A stretch of DNA of 64,000 bases from the human T2T-CHM13v2.0 reference genome, Homo sapiens. The stretch is from positions 18,720,001-18,784,000 of the forward strand of contig CP068257.2 in the NCBI GenBank assembly GCA_009914755.4, in the 5' to 3' direction. The position numbers were made by a program, and so were the translations under genes. Shown one piece after another: positions 29,583 to 41,647 of this stretch (its first letter is position 1; the number at the start of each line of letters is the position of its first letter). Under the pieces are notes generated by a model. The model was not told the DNA's origin. It was given only the letters and a program-made list of their open reading frames with translations, and did no database searches.

Positions 29583-30133
29583 AACCCGCATCCAGGAACA
29601 GAGCCCTTTGCTCCTCCCTCAGAATGGAGACCAGAAATCAGATATTTATGCCCAAGAAAAGCAGGATTTCATTCGGCACTTCTCCCAGATCTTTAGAGTG
29701 CTGACTGAGGATGAGATGGGGCACCCACAGACAGGAGATGCTATTGCCCAGCTCAAGGAGGTCCTGGAGTACAACGCCAGTGGAGGCAAGTATCAGCAGG
29801 CTTTGAGAGTGCTAGTAGCATTCAGGAAGCTGATAGAGCCAAGGGAACAGGATGCTGATGGTCTCTAGCGGGCCCTGCTGTGGGATGGTGTGTGGAACTG
29901 CTGCAAACTTTCTTCCTGGTGGCAGGTGACATCACAGATTCATCTCTCACCCAATGGGGACAGATCTGCTGGTATCAGAAGCCAGGCGTAGGTTTGGATG
30001 CCATCAGTGATGCTATCCTTCTGGAAGCATATATCTACCGCCTGCTGAAGCGCTATTGCCGGGAGCAGCCCTGTTACCTGAACCTGATGAAGCTCTTCCT
30101 GCAGAGTTCCTATCAGACTGAGACTGGGCGGAC
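29583..30133 (+). pseudogene. FDPSP: processed pseudogene fragment of farnesyl diphosphate synthase (FDPS): about 180 codons of the N-terminal half, intronless, with an in-frame stop and a 1-bp frameshift
   Basis: ORF 29569-29868 translates ...NGDQKSDIYAQEKQDFIRHFSQIFRVLTEDEMGHPQTGDAIAQLKEVLEYNASGGKYQQALRVLVAFRKLIEPREQDADGL*, which matches FDPS ...NGDQNSDVYAQEKQDFVQHFSQIVRVLTEDEMGHPEIGDAIARLKEVLEYNAIGGKYNRGLTVVVAFRELVEPRKQDADSLQ. ORF 29880-30176 in another frame gives [82 protein letters not shown], which matches FDPS [83 protein letters not shown]. A TAG stop at about 29866 and a 1-bp deletion near 29875 separate the two frames. The segment spans what are several exons in the parent gene, so it is retroposed. 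Similarity ends abruptly after ...QTETGRT (about 30133), with no poly-A, so it is 3'-truncated. Confidence 0.85.
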
Positions 30134-32224
30134 CTCATTTCCTGCATCAGGACTTACTTTGGTCCTGGATGAATAATATTGAAGATATATGCTTAAAATA
30201 CTTCTAACATCAGAATTTGTGCACGTGTTTTCTTCCCCAAGAAAGCTATAAATAGCAAAAATTTTGCTGTAAGCTTCCCTATGTTCTCTCTCCTTCTCCC
30301 CTCCCCTAAAACTCAAAGGAATGTTAAAAGCACGTTTCTCTGTGAGCGTTGGACCTTATCTATGCTCCCAGTTCCAATTCCTTGTAATCATACTTTGTAA
30401 AGTCCTGTAAAATCCTGTCTCCTTTGCCATGACACTGCAAGGTCATAAAGTAGATGAAACCTAAGTTACAATTCTGGTTTTCCTTAAAATCTAAGATATG
30501 TCACAAAATAATTTACTGCCTTTGTTTCTCGCTCTGGTAACATCTTCCCTCTGCACCTATTTACCGCCTATTTAAAAGGTGATCGAAAAATCTAACACTG
30601 TCTACCCACTTGGGACCCCTTCCATGCTATGGAAGCTTTGTACTGTCACTCTGCTCAAAAAAGCCTACAGTTTTGTTTTGTTTTTTTTTCTCTCAGTCGT
30701 GTCCCTCTCACTTGCCGCAGGCTGCCGCCACACCAGTACTTTGGCGTTGCTAAGGCAAGAACCTTTGGCGTTACATAATGAGTATGGGTTTAGACAAAGC
30801 CATAGGTAGCAAATGATAATGAAGAGAGAAATGTGAGTTTAGCAGAAAATGACATGATTAAAAAGTCCATATTTGGTTTAACAAGATTGGTCCCTTCTGT
30901 GACCATGAATATTTTCACACCATTGTAATTTCTGCTTAATGCCAGAGAAATGCTACAGAAACTTAAAAAAAAAGGCAGTGGAGATTAAGGAAAGGATTGA
31001 GGGCAGGGGTGAGAGAATGTCTTCTTGGAGAAGTTTGTATTTTAGGCATACATTTAGAAATACGTAGGTTAAAAGGTAGGTTGGTGGGGCTTTGACAAGA
31101 GCTTCCCAGAATGAAATACATGGAAGGAAGTTTCTAGTTGTATGTTCAGGAAAGTAGACTTAATTTGATGCAAATAAAATGTGGGACATAGGGAAGAAAG
31201 TAATTTCCTTATAAATATTTTAAATAGTTTTGCATATATAGAAATGACACGGCTCATCAAAGCATTTAAAAATACTTATTAGATACTTTGAAGGGCAATT
31301 TCTTCACGTGTTTGGCAAGGCAAGATATTTTCCATTGTCATTAACTTTCATGTGATAGAAAAACTAATCTGGCCCCAATTTAGAGGTTTTTTTTTGTTTG
31401 TTAGCAATTATAAAGTCATTAAGAAAGTGTTCAGAATGTATTGAATAAGTGAATTTTAAGAAAGTATTTGAAACCAAAAAGAGTAGGCCTGCAGGGGGAA
31501 AAAAAAAAGGAGATTGCTACTTGCCACAGATAAAATGGAGAATACATCAATAAGTATGTTGTAGAATGCCATAAAAATTATGACATCTTCAGGGCAAGGC
31601 AATAGAAGAACATAACATTTTTTTTATAAAGAACATCAAGAAGGAATTTTACCCTTAAATTAATAGACAAGTGATTACCTGGTGAAAATGATATTTAAAG
31701 TGAAGAGAAAGTGACTTTTCCAGAAATGTCAAAAGCTCTGGAAAAATTAATAAATTGACTCTTATTTGAGAAGTCAGCGAATCTCTCAACAAGAGGTTTA
31801 AAATCAAGAGACCATTCAGAATGAAGCTGTGACTTAAATGGCAAATGTCTAAGAGAGAAAGAAGCGGGAAGTGATTACAGTAATTGACACAGCATTGTCC
31901 TTAAAGGCTATCTTGGCAGTTCTGGGAATGACTCAACATATAAAGGGTAAGTTATAAAATATTACGCAGCTCTTGTGTTGAGAATGGTATTCCAGCATTA
32001 GGAAAAAAAATACCTGGCAAAAAATGATAGGTGATAAAAATTCTCACATTCACAGGGAAATTAACCTGTTTGGCATTTTTCCTATATGGTGAGTTAGCAG
32101 CATTGAAGTTAAAATAAATTAGATATGTAAGCCCAGGAGAAGTTTTAGATGAAATGTTAATTGAAGTTAATCATGGCATTCACATATATGATGTATACTC
32201 TTTAGGTTTAATGACTTTTTTTTC

Positions 32225-32289
32225 CAGGCAATTCTCCTGCCTAAGCATCCCAAGAAGCTGGGATTACAGGTGCCTGCCACAGTGTGTTC
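32225..32289 (-). mobile_element. short Alu fragment adjacent to an L1 poly-A end
   Basis: GGCAATTCTCCTGCCTAAGCATCCCAAGAAGCTGGGATTACAGGTGCCTGCCACAGTGTGTTCCTAATTTC is the reverse complement of part of the Alu left arm. Confidence 0.7.
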
Positions 32290-33847
32290 CTAATTTCTTT
32301 TTTTTTTTTTTATACTTCTGGGATACATTTATCTGGGATACATGTATCTGGGATACATTCTGGGATACAGAACGTGCAGGCTTGTTACATAGGTATACAC
32401 GTGCCGTGGTGGTTTGCTGCACCTGTCAACCCATCATCTTCATTAGGTATTTCTCCTAATGCAATCTCTCCCCTAGCCCCCCACCCCCCAACAGGCCCCA
32501 GTCAGTGATGTTCCCCTCCCTGTGTCCATGTGTTCTCATTGTTCAACTCCTAAGTATGAGTGAGAACATGCAGAGTTTGCTTTTCTGTTCCTGTGTTAGT
32601 TTGCTGAGAATGGTGGTTTCCAGCTTCATCCATGTCCCTGCAAAGGACATGAACTCATCCTTTTTTATGGGTGCTTAGTATTCCATGGTGTATATGTGCC
32701 ACATTTTCTTTATCTAGTCTAACATTGATGGGCATTTGGGTTGGTTCCAAGTTTTTGCTATTGTGAATAGTGCTGCAATAAACATTCGTGTCTTTACAGC
32801 ATGTGTCTTTATAGTAGAATGATATCTAATCTTTTGGTTATATACCCAGTAATGGGATTGCTGGGTCAAATGGTATTTCTGGTTGTAGATCCTTGAGGAA
32901 TCGCCACACTCTTCCACAATGGTTGATCTAATTTACACTCCCACCAACAGTGTAAAAGCATTCCTATTTCTCCACATCCTCTCCAGCATCTGTTGTTTCC
33001 TGATTTTTTGATGATTGCCATTCTAACAAGTGTGAGATGGTATCTCATTGTGGATTTGATTGGCATTTCTCTAATGACCAGTGATGATGAGCTTTTTTTC
33101 ATATGTTTGTTGGCCACATAAATGTCTTCTTTTGAGAAGTGTCTGTTCATATCCTTTGCCCACTTTTTGATGGGGTTGTTTTTCTTCTTGTAAATTTGTT
33201 TAAGTTCCTTGTAGATTCTGGATATTAGCCCTTTGTCAGATGGATAGATTGCAAAAATTTTCTCCTATTCTGTAGGTTGCCTGTTCACTCTGATGATAGT
33301 TTCTTTTGCTATGCAGAAGCTCTTTAGTTTAATCAGATCCCATTTGTCAATTTTTGCTTTTGTTGCAATTGCTATTGGTGTTTTAGTCATGAAGACTTTG
33401 CTCATGCCTATGTCCTGAATGGTATTGCCTAGATTTTCTTCTAGGGTTTTTATGGTTTTAGGTCTTACATTTAACTCTTTAGTCCATCTTGAGTTAATTT
33501 TTGTTTAAGGGGTAAGGAAGGGGTCCAGTTTCAGTTTTTTGTGTATGGCTAGCCAGTTTTCCCAGCACCATTTGTTAAATAGGGAATGCTTTCCCCATTG
33601 CTTGTTTTTGTCAGGTTTTTCAAAGATCAGATATTTGTAGATGTTGTGTGTTATTTCTGAGGTCTCTGTTCTGTTCCATTGGTCTATATATGTTTTGGTA
33701 CCAGTACCATGCTGTTGTGGTTACTGTAGCCTTGTAGTATAGTTTGAAGTCAGGTAGCGTGATGCCTCCAGCTTTGTTCTTTTTGCTTAGGATTGTCTTG
33801 ACTATACGGGCTCTTTTTTGGTTCCATATGAAATTTAAAGTAATCAC
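32289..33847 (-). mobile_element. L1PA-type (primate-specific) 3' end, about 1.55 kb, 5'-truncated, minus orientation, with an internal 3x tandem repeat near its tail
   Basis: T14 (reverse of the poly-A), then L1PA 3' UTR reversed: ...GGGATACAGAACGTGCAGGCTTGTTACATAGGTATACACGTGCCGTGGTGGTTTGCTGCACCTGTCAACCCATCATCTTCATTAGGTATTTCTCCTAATGCAATCTCTCCCCTAGCCCCCCACCCCCCAACAGGCCCCAGTCAGTGATGTTCCCCTCCCTGTGTCCATGTGTTCTCATTGTTCAACTCCTAAGTATGAGTGAGAACATGCAGAGTTTG... The ORF2 C-terminus is reversed (ORF 32866-33150 gives ...[38 protein letters not shown]). It is a few percent diverged from the recalled L1PA consensus. Near the tail, ATACTTCTGGGATACATTTATCTGGGATACATGTATCTGGGATACATTCTGGGATACAG is a local triplication not present in the consensus. 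Confidence 0.85.
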
Positions 33848-34366
33848 TTCCTCTTTAACACCCCAACTACAGAATACTTAAACATGTTTAACAGCATTTA
33901 GCACATTCTGCTTTCTATTAAAGCAATCTAGGTGGTAAAGTCTAGTCAATAAAAGGCCACAGGGACGAACCTGTAATCTCACAAACCAGGAGTATCTTTG
34001 TAGGATTTGGCTTTCCATGGGATGATTTTGAGAAAGGTTTAAGAAAATATCAGTTTTGGATGATTCACTTTTTCTCAGACAGGATTAGAATTGGGGATTA
34101 ATTTGGCATTGGGTGCCTGCATAAAGTGAGGATGGTGTAGTAATTGGGTATCTCCAGTTATAAACACAAAAAGCATGATAGAGCTGGGAATGTGATTGCA
34201 GGAAAGCAATAGTCACTCCAAAAGGAGATCCTCATGATATGAATACGGAAGAAACAATATTTCCTGCTAATGTAGTAGCCACTGTGTTCTTTTATTATTA
34301 TTATTCTATATTTATTTTTAAATTTTCATTGTTAGTGTTTTTTTAATAATTAGAGTCTTATTTCTC

Positions 34367-35100
34367 TTTTTTTTTTTTTACTTTAAGTTCCGGGATACAT
34401 GTACAGAATGTGTAGGTTTTTTACATAGGTATACACGTACCATGGTGGTTTGCTGCATCTATAAACCCATTATCTAGGTTTTAAGCCCTGCATGCATTAG
34501 GTATTGGTACTAATGCTCTCCCTCCCCTGGCCCCTCACCCCCCGACAGGCCCGCAGTGTGTGTTGTTTCCCTCCCTGTGTCCATGCGTTTTCATTGTTCA
34601 ACTCCAATCATGAGTGCAAACATGTAGTGTTTGGTTGTCTGTCCCTGTGTTAGTTTGGTGAGAATCGTGGCTTCTAGCTTCATCCATATCCCTGCAAAGG
34701 ACATAAACTCATTCTTTTTTATGTTTGTATAGTATTCCATGGTGTATATATGCCACATTTTTTTAATCCAGTCTATCATTGATGGGCATTTGGTTTGGTT
34801 TGAAGTCTTTGCTATTGTAAATAGTGCTGCAATAAACATATGTGTGCATGTGTCTTTATAGTAGAATGATTTATAATCCTTTGGTTATATACCTGGTGAT
34901 GGGATTGCTGAATCAAATGGTATTTCTGGTTCTAGATCCTTGAGGAATCGCTACACTGTCTTCCGCAATGGTTGAACTAATTTACACTCCCACCAACAGC
35001 GTAAAAGCATTCCTATTTCTCCACAGCCTCATCAGAATCTATTGTTTCCTGACTTTATAATAATCACCATTCTGAGTGGCATGAGATGGCTTCTTATTGT
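34367..35100 (-). mobile_element. second L1PA-type 3' end (about 0.73 kb), minus orientation, somewhat more diverged
   Basis: T12, then ACTTTAAGTTCCGGGATACATGTACAGAATGTGTAGGTTTTTTACATAGGTATACACGTACCATGGTGGTTTGCTGCATCTATAAACCCATTATCTAGGTTTTAAGCCCTGCATGCATTAGGTATTGGTACTAATGCTCTCCCTCCCCTGGCCCCTCACCCCCCGACAGGCCCGCAGTGTGTGTTGTTTCCCTCCCTGTGTCCATGCGTTTTCATTGTTCAACTCC... ORF 34591-34839 is an ORF2 remnant. Confidence 0.85.
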
Positions 35101-36289
35101 AGCTGTTGTTTTCTATGCCTGTCCACCCCATCTCCCCTCTAGCCTGATTAATGAGAGAGCTTTTTGTCTTTTTCAGTCCAAGCTTATTTTTATTTTCATT
35201 TTCAAACAGTGTTTAGCAATGTTCCATGTGCGTACTATTGGCCCTATTACTTGTGTATAGGAATACTGTTTGTTCAACTTTTTCAGGGGAAATGATATAA
35301 CCAATTGGTCAAAAGGCAGTTCTATAATTACATGGGTTCCAGTCCAGGTTCCTCTAATTTGCAATTTTTTGAATAATTTACTTCCCTGCGCTATCCACTC
35401 AGAAAGAAAATGAGAATAATAATACAATAGCTCATAATCTTGTATTGAATAATGGAAGTAATAATTTATAAATTGTGTTGCATAGCGATTAGCCCTTACA
35501 AGCCTTCAAAAAACATCACATGATATTTCATTATTCCTATATAGTTCCTACTACAAAGACCTATACATAACACTTATAATCACAGGAAAATAAAAGAGAA
35601 AAATATACCCTGTTATCAAAACTCTAAGACTATTACTATTTTATTGTGATATACTTACTTTCAGGTATATAATCAGGGATCATTTCCCATTTATTGCTTA
35701 TAAAATCCAGTTACAAACATATATTTTAAAAATATTTTTAAATGTTTTACTATTTGTCATAATTTCTTTAGGGGTGATTTTCTGAAGGAGAATGGTTATT
35801 TGAAATAATGTGTCTATATGATTAAATTACATAAAAACGTATTATTGGAAATTAAGTGTTTCTTGTTTGTTTTTGATGAACACAGTCGAAATTTGTGAGG
35901 GAAAGTAAAAACACTAAGAAAAAAATGTAATAGAAATTGATCCTTTTCTTCAACGTGATTACCTAAATAATTTATCCTTTAGGATACCCCCAGTATATAT
36001 AAATGTACTTCTTGCACTTGAACTGTGCCAGAAATACTTATTGCTATATAGGAAGTGCTCAAGATCATTGAATTAAGCAATTGAAAAAAATTGTACCACC
36101 CTGTTTGTTCAAAAGCAGTGAAATTTAACAGACTCACGAGACCAAGGGCTGTGGCACAGAGAGACATTTAAGTCATAGATGATCTTCAAGAAGTTCAGAA
36201 TCTTGTAAATAAACTAAAATTTATCATGTAGTTTTATCATCCAGGAATATTTCCAAACCGTTCAAATGGCTGAAATTGTATCTTCAAAG

Positions 36290-36375
36290 AAAGGCAGAGA
36301 GTGAGAAGGTTGGCGGGGGTGGGGGCGGCGAGAGAGAGAGATAGAGAGAGAGAGACAGAGAGAAATAAGGAGGAA
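36290..36375. repeat. purine-rich (GA)n / GGGGCGG-containing low-complexity tract
   Basis: GGCAGAGAGTGAGAAGGTTGGCGGGGGTGGGGGCGGCGAGAGAGAGAGATAGAGAGAGAGAGACAGAGAGAAATAAGGAGGAAGAAAGAAGGGAAAAG. Confidence 0.8.
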
Positions 36376-39300
36376 GAAAGAAGGGAAAAGTGCATGATCA
36401 CCCTGGCAGAAACTTAGTAGGGGTGTACTCATTTGTGAAAATTGACATTTTCAAACATGTCCTACTTGTGAATCATACATTTTACCTGATTCATTAACTC
36501 CATGTTACAGCAGCAGATATCCTGAGAGATGGAGATTTAGCCCTCTCTTACATTCTTGCATCACAAGGAACTATTAGGTTGGTACAAAAGTAACTGTGGT
36601 TTTTGCCATTATAATATAAAGAAAAAGCTGGAACATCCTTGCCACCTATCACTATTGTTCGGATATTTCAAAGGGGCAGTTTTTTATTCTTGAAGGTAAA
36701 AGTTATTTATCAAGTAATTTGATAAATTATCTAGAAGAGATATGGAAAACAAAAATAAATAGAATCAAATATACTTGGAAAACACACAACACTGTCTTGT
36801 TTTTACATACATTAAATACATTATTTTTATACACATTAAAATAATTTTGTTTTTTAAGTGAAGGAATACTTCAGTTCAAGAGTTCTGAAGCAAGGCTGCC
36901 TGGGTTTGAATGCCTACAACCATGTCTACTATGTTTTATCAAATTGAATACATTAGTTTTTAATGGGCATCATTACTCTACATACTATTGCCCACCCACC
37001 TGCAAATGACTTGTAGGATTACAATTATTTCAAGATGTATATTGAGTTCAGAGATGTAGTGATTTGGAAAAAAAATGTGCATATTACAGTTAATGAAATA
37101 TGGCAGTAGCAGAATGGGCAAATCACGTCATCTACATAAATCTGAGCTTTTTTATTTTCAAAAAAGGGTGACAATAAAAGTACCCACCTATTTAAACTGT
37201 TTTGATGATTAAATAATAAAGTTCACGTAAAGCACTTAGAAAATTGCAAGGCACACATTAAATTTATTAGCTGGAATAAAAGCCTAAACCATTATGACTT
37301 TTTTTTTTTTTTAAAAAGCAATATTTTAACTAAAAAAAAAGAAACAAAGAAGCATATCTTTTTCATATAATGGTTTTCCTGGGAGGCAGTAGCAAACATC
37401 TGGGATAATATGCGTTCTGCACAGTGGTGACTGGAGTCCAGTTCCATCAAGTGAGGAACCAGAAAGACAGTATATGGAAGAGGTCACAGTCTTACAGAGT
37501 CAGACCTCAAAGTAGCTCATTGCCATTCACTTTCCCAAGGGATAATTTAATTTTATTTGTCTATGTCTACTTCTAAGGTGGGCTGAGAAATGAATTCTCT
37601 AGCCAGAAAGCCACATGCCTAGGAGCAACCCTATTCCTAGGTAAAAACAGGAGAATGGATTTAGTGGAGAGCTAAAAAATTCTGCCACAGTACAAGTATA
37701 CAGTCAATAAATATCAGCTATTGTTATTACTTCTAGCTACAATCAAAAAGATTGATGAAATGAGAAAATGCTGCATTCATTTAATAAAATTATAACGTAT
37801 GAAAGGATTGTTCCTACCTAAAACATAAGATATCAAAATTTCATGTGTGACATTTTAAGTATATTGTGTTTTTAGTATTTTATCGACACATCATCTTTTA
37901 ATGAAGACACAAGTGTAACTAGATCTCATTTTTTACCACTTGGTGATAAGAACAAGGCATATTTCCACTGCATTATTTGGTCATTTTCATAGTCATCTAG
38001 AAACGGGCAGCTATGCCTCTTAGATTTTCTATACATTATTTGGAAATACATTAGAAAATGTTCAATGATACTGGTGCAGGATTTTTCTCGACCTCTTTGC
38101 CGTACTCCCAACAGGGGCTCTCCGTCTACTTGACCCACTGCGCTCAGCCCCTTGTGGGAAGGAGCAGGTGAACGAGTGAGTGGGGGATCTGGCCAGCTGC
38201 TCTAGGCACTGACACAGGAGCATGCTCCATGAGGGGCCCATGGCCAGACCAGGTGTGTCATCTGAAGGGGAATGTGACGGAATCCAGGTGAGGGTGCCCA
38301 CGACCCCAAAACCCCACAGTGGGTGTTACAGTACTCTTTTAGTTCTGCCACCGCAGTCTGATGGACGGTGGTGTGTTAGCAGCTCAGCTGGCCCTTTGCC
38401 TCGTTGCATGGGGCAGCTGCCTTCCACTGGCAAGGGCAAAGGGCCAATGTGACAGCCTTTTTGGATACCCATACTCAGTGAGTCCCAAGCTCTTGACCAA
38501 CATACAAGAAGAATGAGCTCACAGGGGCAATTTAAGGATGGTGAAGGTGTTTAATTTCATTGAGTGATGAAAAGGGCTTTCAGTGCAGAGGGGAGTTGGA
38601 GAGGGAGTGGGAAGGGCAGGTTATCTTCTCCAAAGTCAGGGTGTCTCTTCCATGAAGTCGGGCTTTCTCCCTCTCTACTGACTGAGTCTGGGGTCTTTAT
38701 AGGCACAGGGAGGGGAGTGCGTGCTGATTGGTTTGTGAGTATGCAAAAAATGTTAACTTGATGACACCACTCAAAGGTGGGCACAACACTGTAGAAAAAA
38801 CAATTAGGAAATGGTGGGGATATGTAAAACAGGTGGAAGGTGGGGATCAATCCGAGGAAAGCATGCCACACGGGAGTACACGTTTTCAATCCAGTCTGAG
38901 GAGGTCTGAGGATTTAACTTGTAGTTTGGGTGTCAGGCTTTAAACTGTCTTCAGCTTGGAGGTGGGATTTCACTGGGTACCCGCCCCTATCTGCCTAGGC
39001 ATTTGGCTGCCTTCTGTTGTTATCAGTATTTTCTTGTAGTTAAAGCTTATTTTACCTATGCATTTTATATAAATAGTATGGTCACAGTAATTCTGTAATA
39101 ATGGAATCAAAATCTATTTATTTCAACAACAACAAAAAAACATCACCATGCTGCATATAGAGGACAGTTTCTGTCTTTTATACCTCATGGGAAACATGGA
39201 GTAGTTGCTTCACCATGTTTCTGTAAAATAATCTTTAAAATGCTTGAAGAATTCATTCCTTTGAATGCAGGAGCTTAGCAAGAAAGCCTTTTTTTCTAAT

Positions 39301-39550
39301 CCTCTCTGTTTCTCTGCATTTGGTTTACACTTTTATTAATCTGTGGTACCTGACACTTAATTGAATCTCTACCTTTCCATTTGGCTGAGCTTTAGACCCA
39401 CTGCCAATCTTGAGTAATTATTTTTCTATACATCAGCTGTTCCGATTCACAAGCAGGCTCTTCTTATGAAGTCTGTCAACCTTGAGAAATTGTTTTGAAT
39501 AAAGCAATTCTTTATTCCTACCAATATTCCTTATTTCTATCCAATATTAT

Positions 39551-40070
39551 ACTGATCTGTAGAAAAATGTGCCTTCAACTTATATTCTGCTGGTGCTTTA
39601 ATTCAGTTCAAACAATATTGTTGTTAAACAATATTTTCACATGAACAATTGTTTTTACTATTCCTCTTTTTGAAGTCAATCCATCATTAAACATTGTTTA
39701 TGCTTAAGTGAATAATTTACTAGATTAAACTCATCTACCTAAGTTGAAATACTATGAACAAAAGATACATATTAAATATTAACTTTTAAACAATTTTTGA
39801 TTCAAATCTATTTGGCTTTGAAATTGCTGAAATACTCTGCCTATTGTTGGAACACTATGTAATCTTCATCCAATGAATGTTTTATTTCTTAAGATTTTAA
39901 TGAAAATCTCCACATATATATATATATATATATATATAAACCTAAAATTTTAAAAGTCAGTTTTCTGAATAAACTAGAATGATTTTGTAATTGAGCTTAT
40001 TCTGCAACTGGCAGTTCAATCCAGAATCTGTGCAGGAATTAAGGTCAATGTGAATCTTTCAATTTCTTTA
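39551..40070 (+). repeat. copy A of an ~520-bp direct duplication (partner at 41648-42175)
   Basis: ACTGATCTGTAGAAAAATGTGCCTTCAACTTATATTCTGCTGGTGCTTTAATTCAGTTCAAACAATATTGTTGTTAAACAATATTTTCACATGAACAATTGTTTTTACTATTCCTCTTTTTGAAGTCAATCCATCATTAAACATTGTTTATGCTTAAGTGAATAATTTACTAGATTAAACTCATCTACCTAAGTTGAAATACTATG...TTTTCTGAATAAACTAGAATGATTTTGTAATTGAGCTTATTCTGCAACTGGCAGTTCAATCCAGAATCTGTGCAGGAATTAAGGTCAAT. It contains an embedded (TA)12 at 39914-39939. Confidence 0.85.
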
Positions 40071-41647
40071 GTTACTTTGTGTATTAAACCAGATACACAA
40101 AACGTAAAATACTATTGGCCATAAAGAGGGATGTTAAATAACGTATATTTCTTAAAAAAGAAAAACAACACTGGCACTGGTGTCTTGATAATTCTCCCTC
40201 TTTTTCTGACTCTTTCTAAAAATACAAGACATGTTAAGCATATTCTGAATTCCTCAACACAGTGTATGAGACCACAACCCTCAAATGGTAGGATCAAGCC
40301 TGATAAAGCATTCTCTGCACTAAGTACTAAACAATTTGTTTAAGATGTAGCTCATTTCTCACAGCTCATTAGCTCACTGAATGATTTTGTCCAAATTATG
40401 AAGGCAAAGTGGGTTTATATTCCTAGGGTGCATCTATTCTTCTTCTAGTCATGTAATTTCCACCTTTATCACTTGGTCTCAGAGCAAAGAGCCTTTTCAC
40501 TAATGAAAGTATTTTGAAGCATTGCTAAAGAAAGACATAATGAGGATATATACTGAGTCAGTTAAAGAAATAGAGGAGACTTAAGAACCTGCATACTGAG
40601 AAAAAGACTTACACAAACACTTAACCCAAGAGCTCTCTCTGGGCTTCACGGTTTTGCTACTTTATTTAGAAAAGATAATGTGAATAGACAAAGAATTACG
40701 CCAGGGTTTAAGTTCATCTTGTAGCAAAGGAGCATCCACGTGTTTCTGTGGTTCGAAATTACAAAGCTATTTTTATATGGTTTCGTTAGACTGCTGTGTG
40801 TAGAATCAATTTACAGCAGGGACCTAAAAGCAAGGCATTTAAATGATTCTTTGAGAATGATTCCTGTACCATGTAGTTTGGGGAGGTGGCTATTAATGAT
40901 AAAGAGAAATGGAGAGAAGTAACAAAACAAGTATATAAAGATATAGATTTTTATAAATAGAATTATTCAAGCTAAGTCTTATGAAACTTTTCACCCTCTT
41001 GAAAAGCACATGTATATGTGAAAATATAAAATTATTCCAGTTTGTGTTGTGTACATTTACAAAATAAATTCCGCATAACTTCATTTATATATATGCATAT
41101 AAGTTAAATATGTACTTGGAAGAAAATGTAAAAAAAAGAAAATATGTAAGTAGAATTTACTGAAGGTCAAATCAAAATAAAATCAACATATTACCCAACT
41201 GTAATGTGAAGGGTAGAAATTGAAGGACTACTTTAAAATGAAACATCTAATAGATCAAAAAACAAAGGCAATTTGCTGAAAGTTCCAAAATACATCAAAA
41301 ATAGTGAAAACACTTGTTGTATATATAGGAAAACTACTGACTATGGGTATTTTTTAATGGTAATTCCTAATTCTTCAAGGATATGACAAACCTAATTTGG
41401 AACATCAATGTGTAATATGATTGTACATGAAGTGAAAACACAGCTAAAAAATGAACAAATTAAACATCAGAAAATTGCCCCCAAAGAATAAGTCACATAA
41501 GTTATTTAATTTGTGTTGCATGAACTTATATTTTTACATAATAATATGAATGGAATAAAACATATAGTATATATTTTTTTTCTAAATGGGATCGAATAAC
41601 TGCCTTGGTAGGAACACTCTACATTCGAATATTAATTACAATATTAA

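Noticed and set aside
29569-30176. The two adjacent ORFs could be read as a small two-gene operon or an intact FDPS-like gene
   Set aside because: They are consecutive parts of the same FDPS homology, separated by a premature TAG and a 1-bp frameshift. The homology is truncated at both ends and lacks introns, which makes this a disabled retrocopy rather than a functional gene.
30640-30790. Small CpG-containing patch (CTTGCCGCAGGCTGCCGCCACACCAGTACTTTGGCGTTGCTAAGGCAAGAACCTTTGGCGTTAC) considered as a possible small RNA gene or tRNA-derived sequence
   Set aside because: There is no cloverleaf-compatible structure, no A/B box spacing and no recognisable snRNA or 7SL similarity. The short imperfect repeat TTTGGCGTT occurs twice but nothing else supports a functional element.
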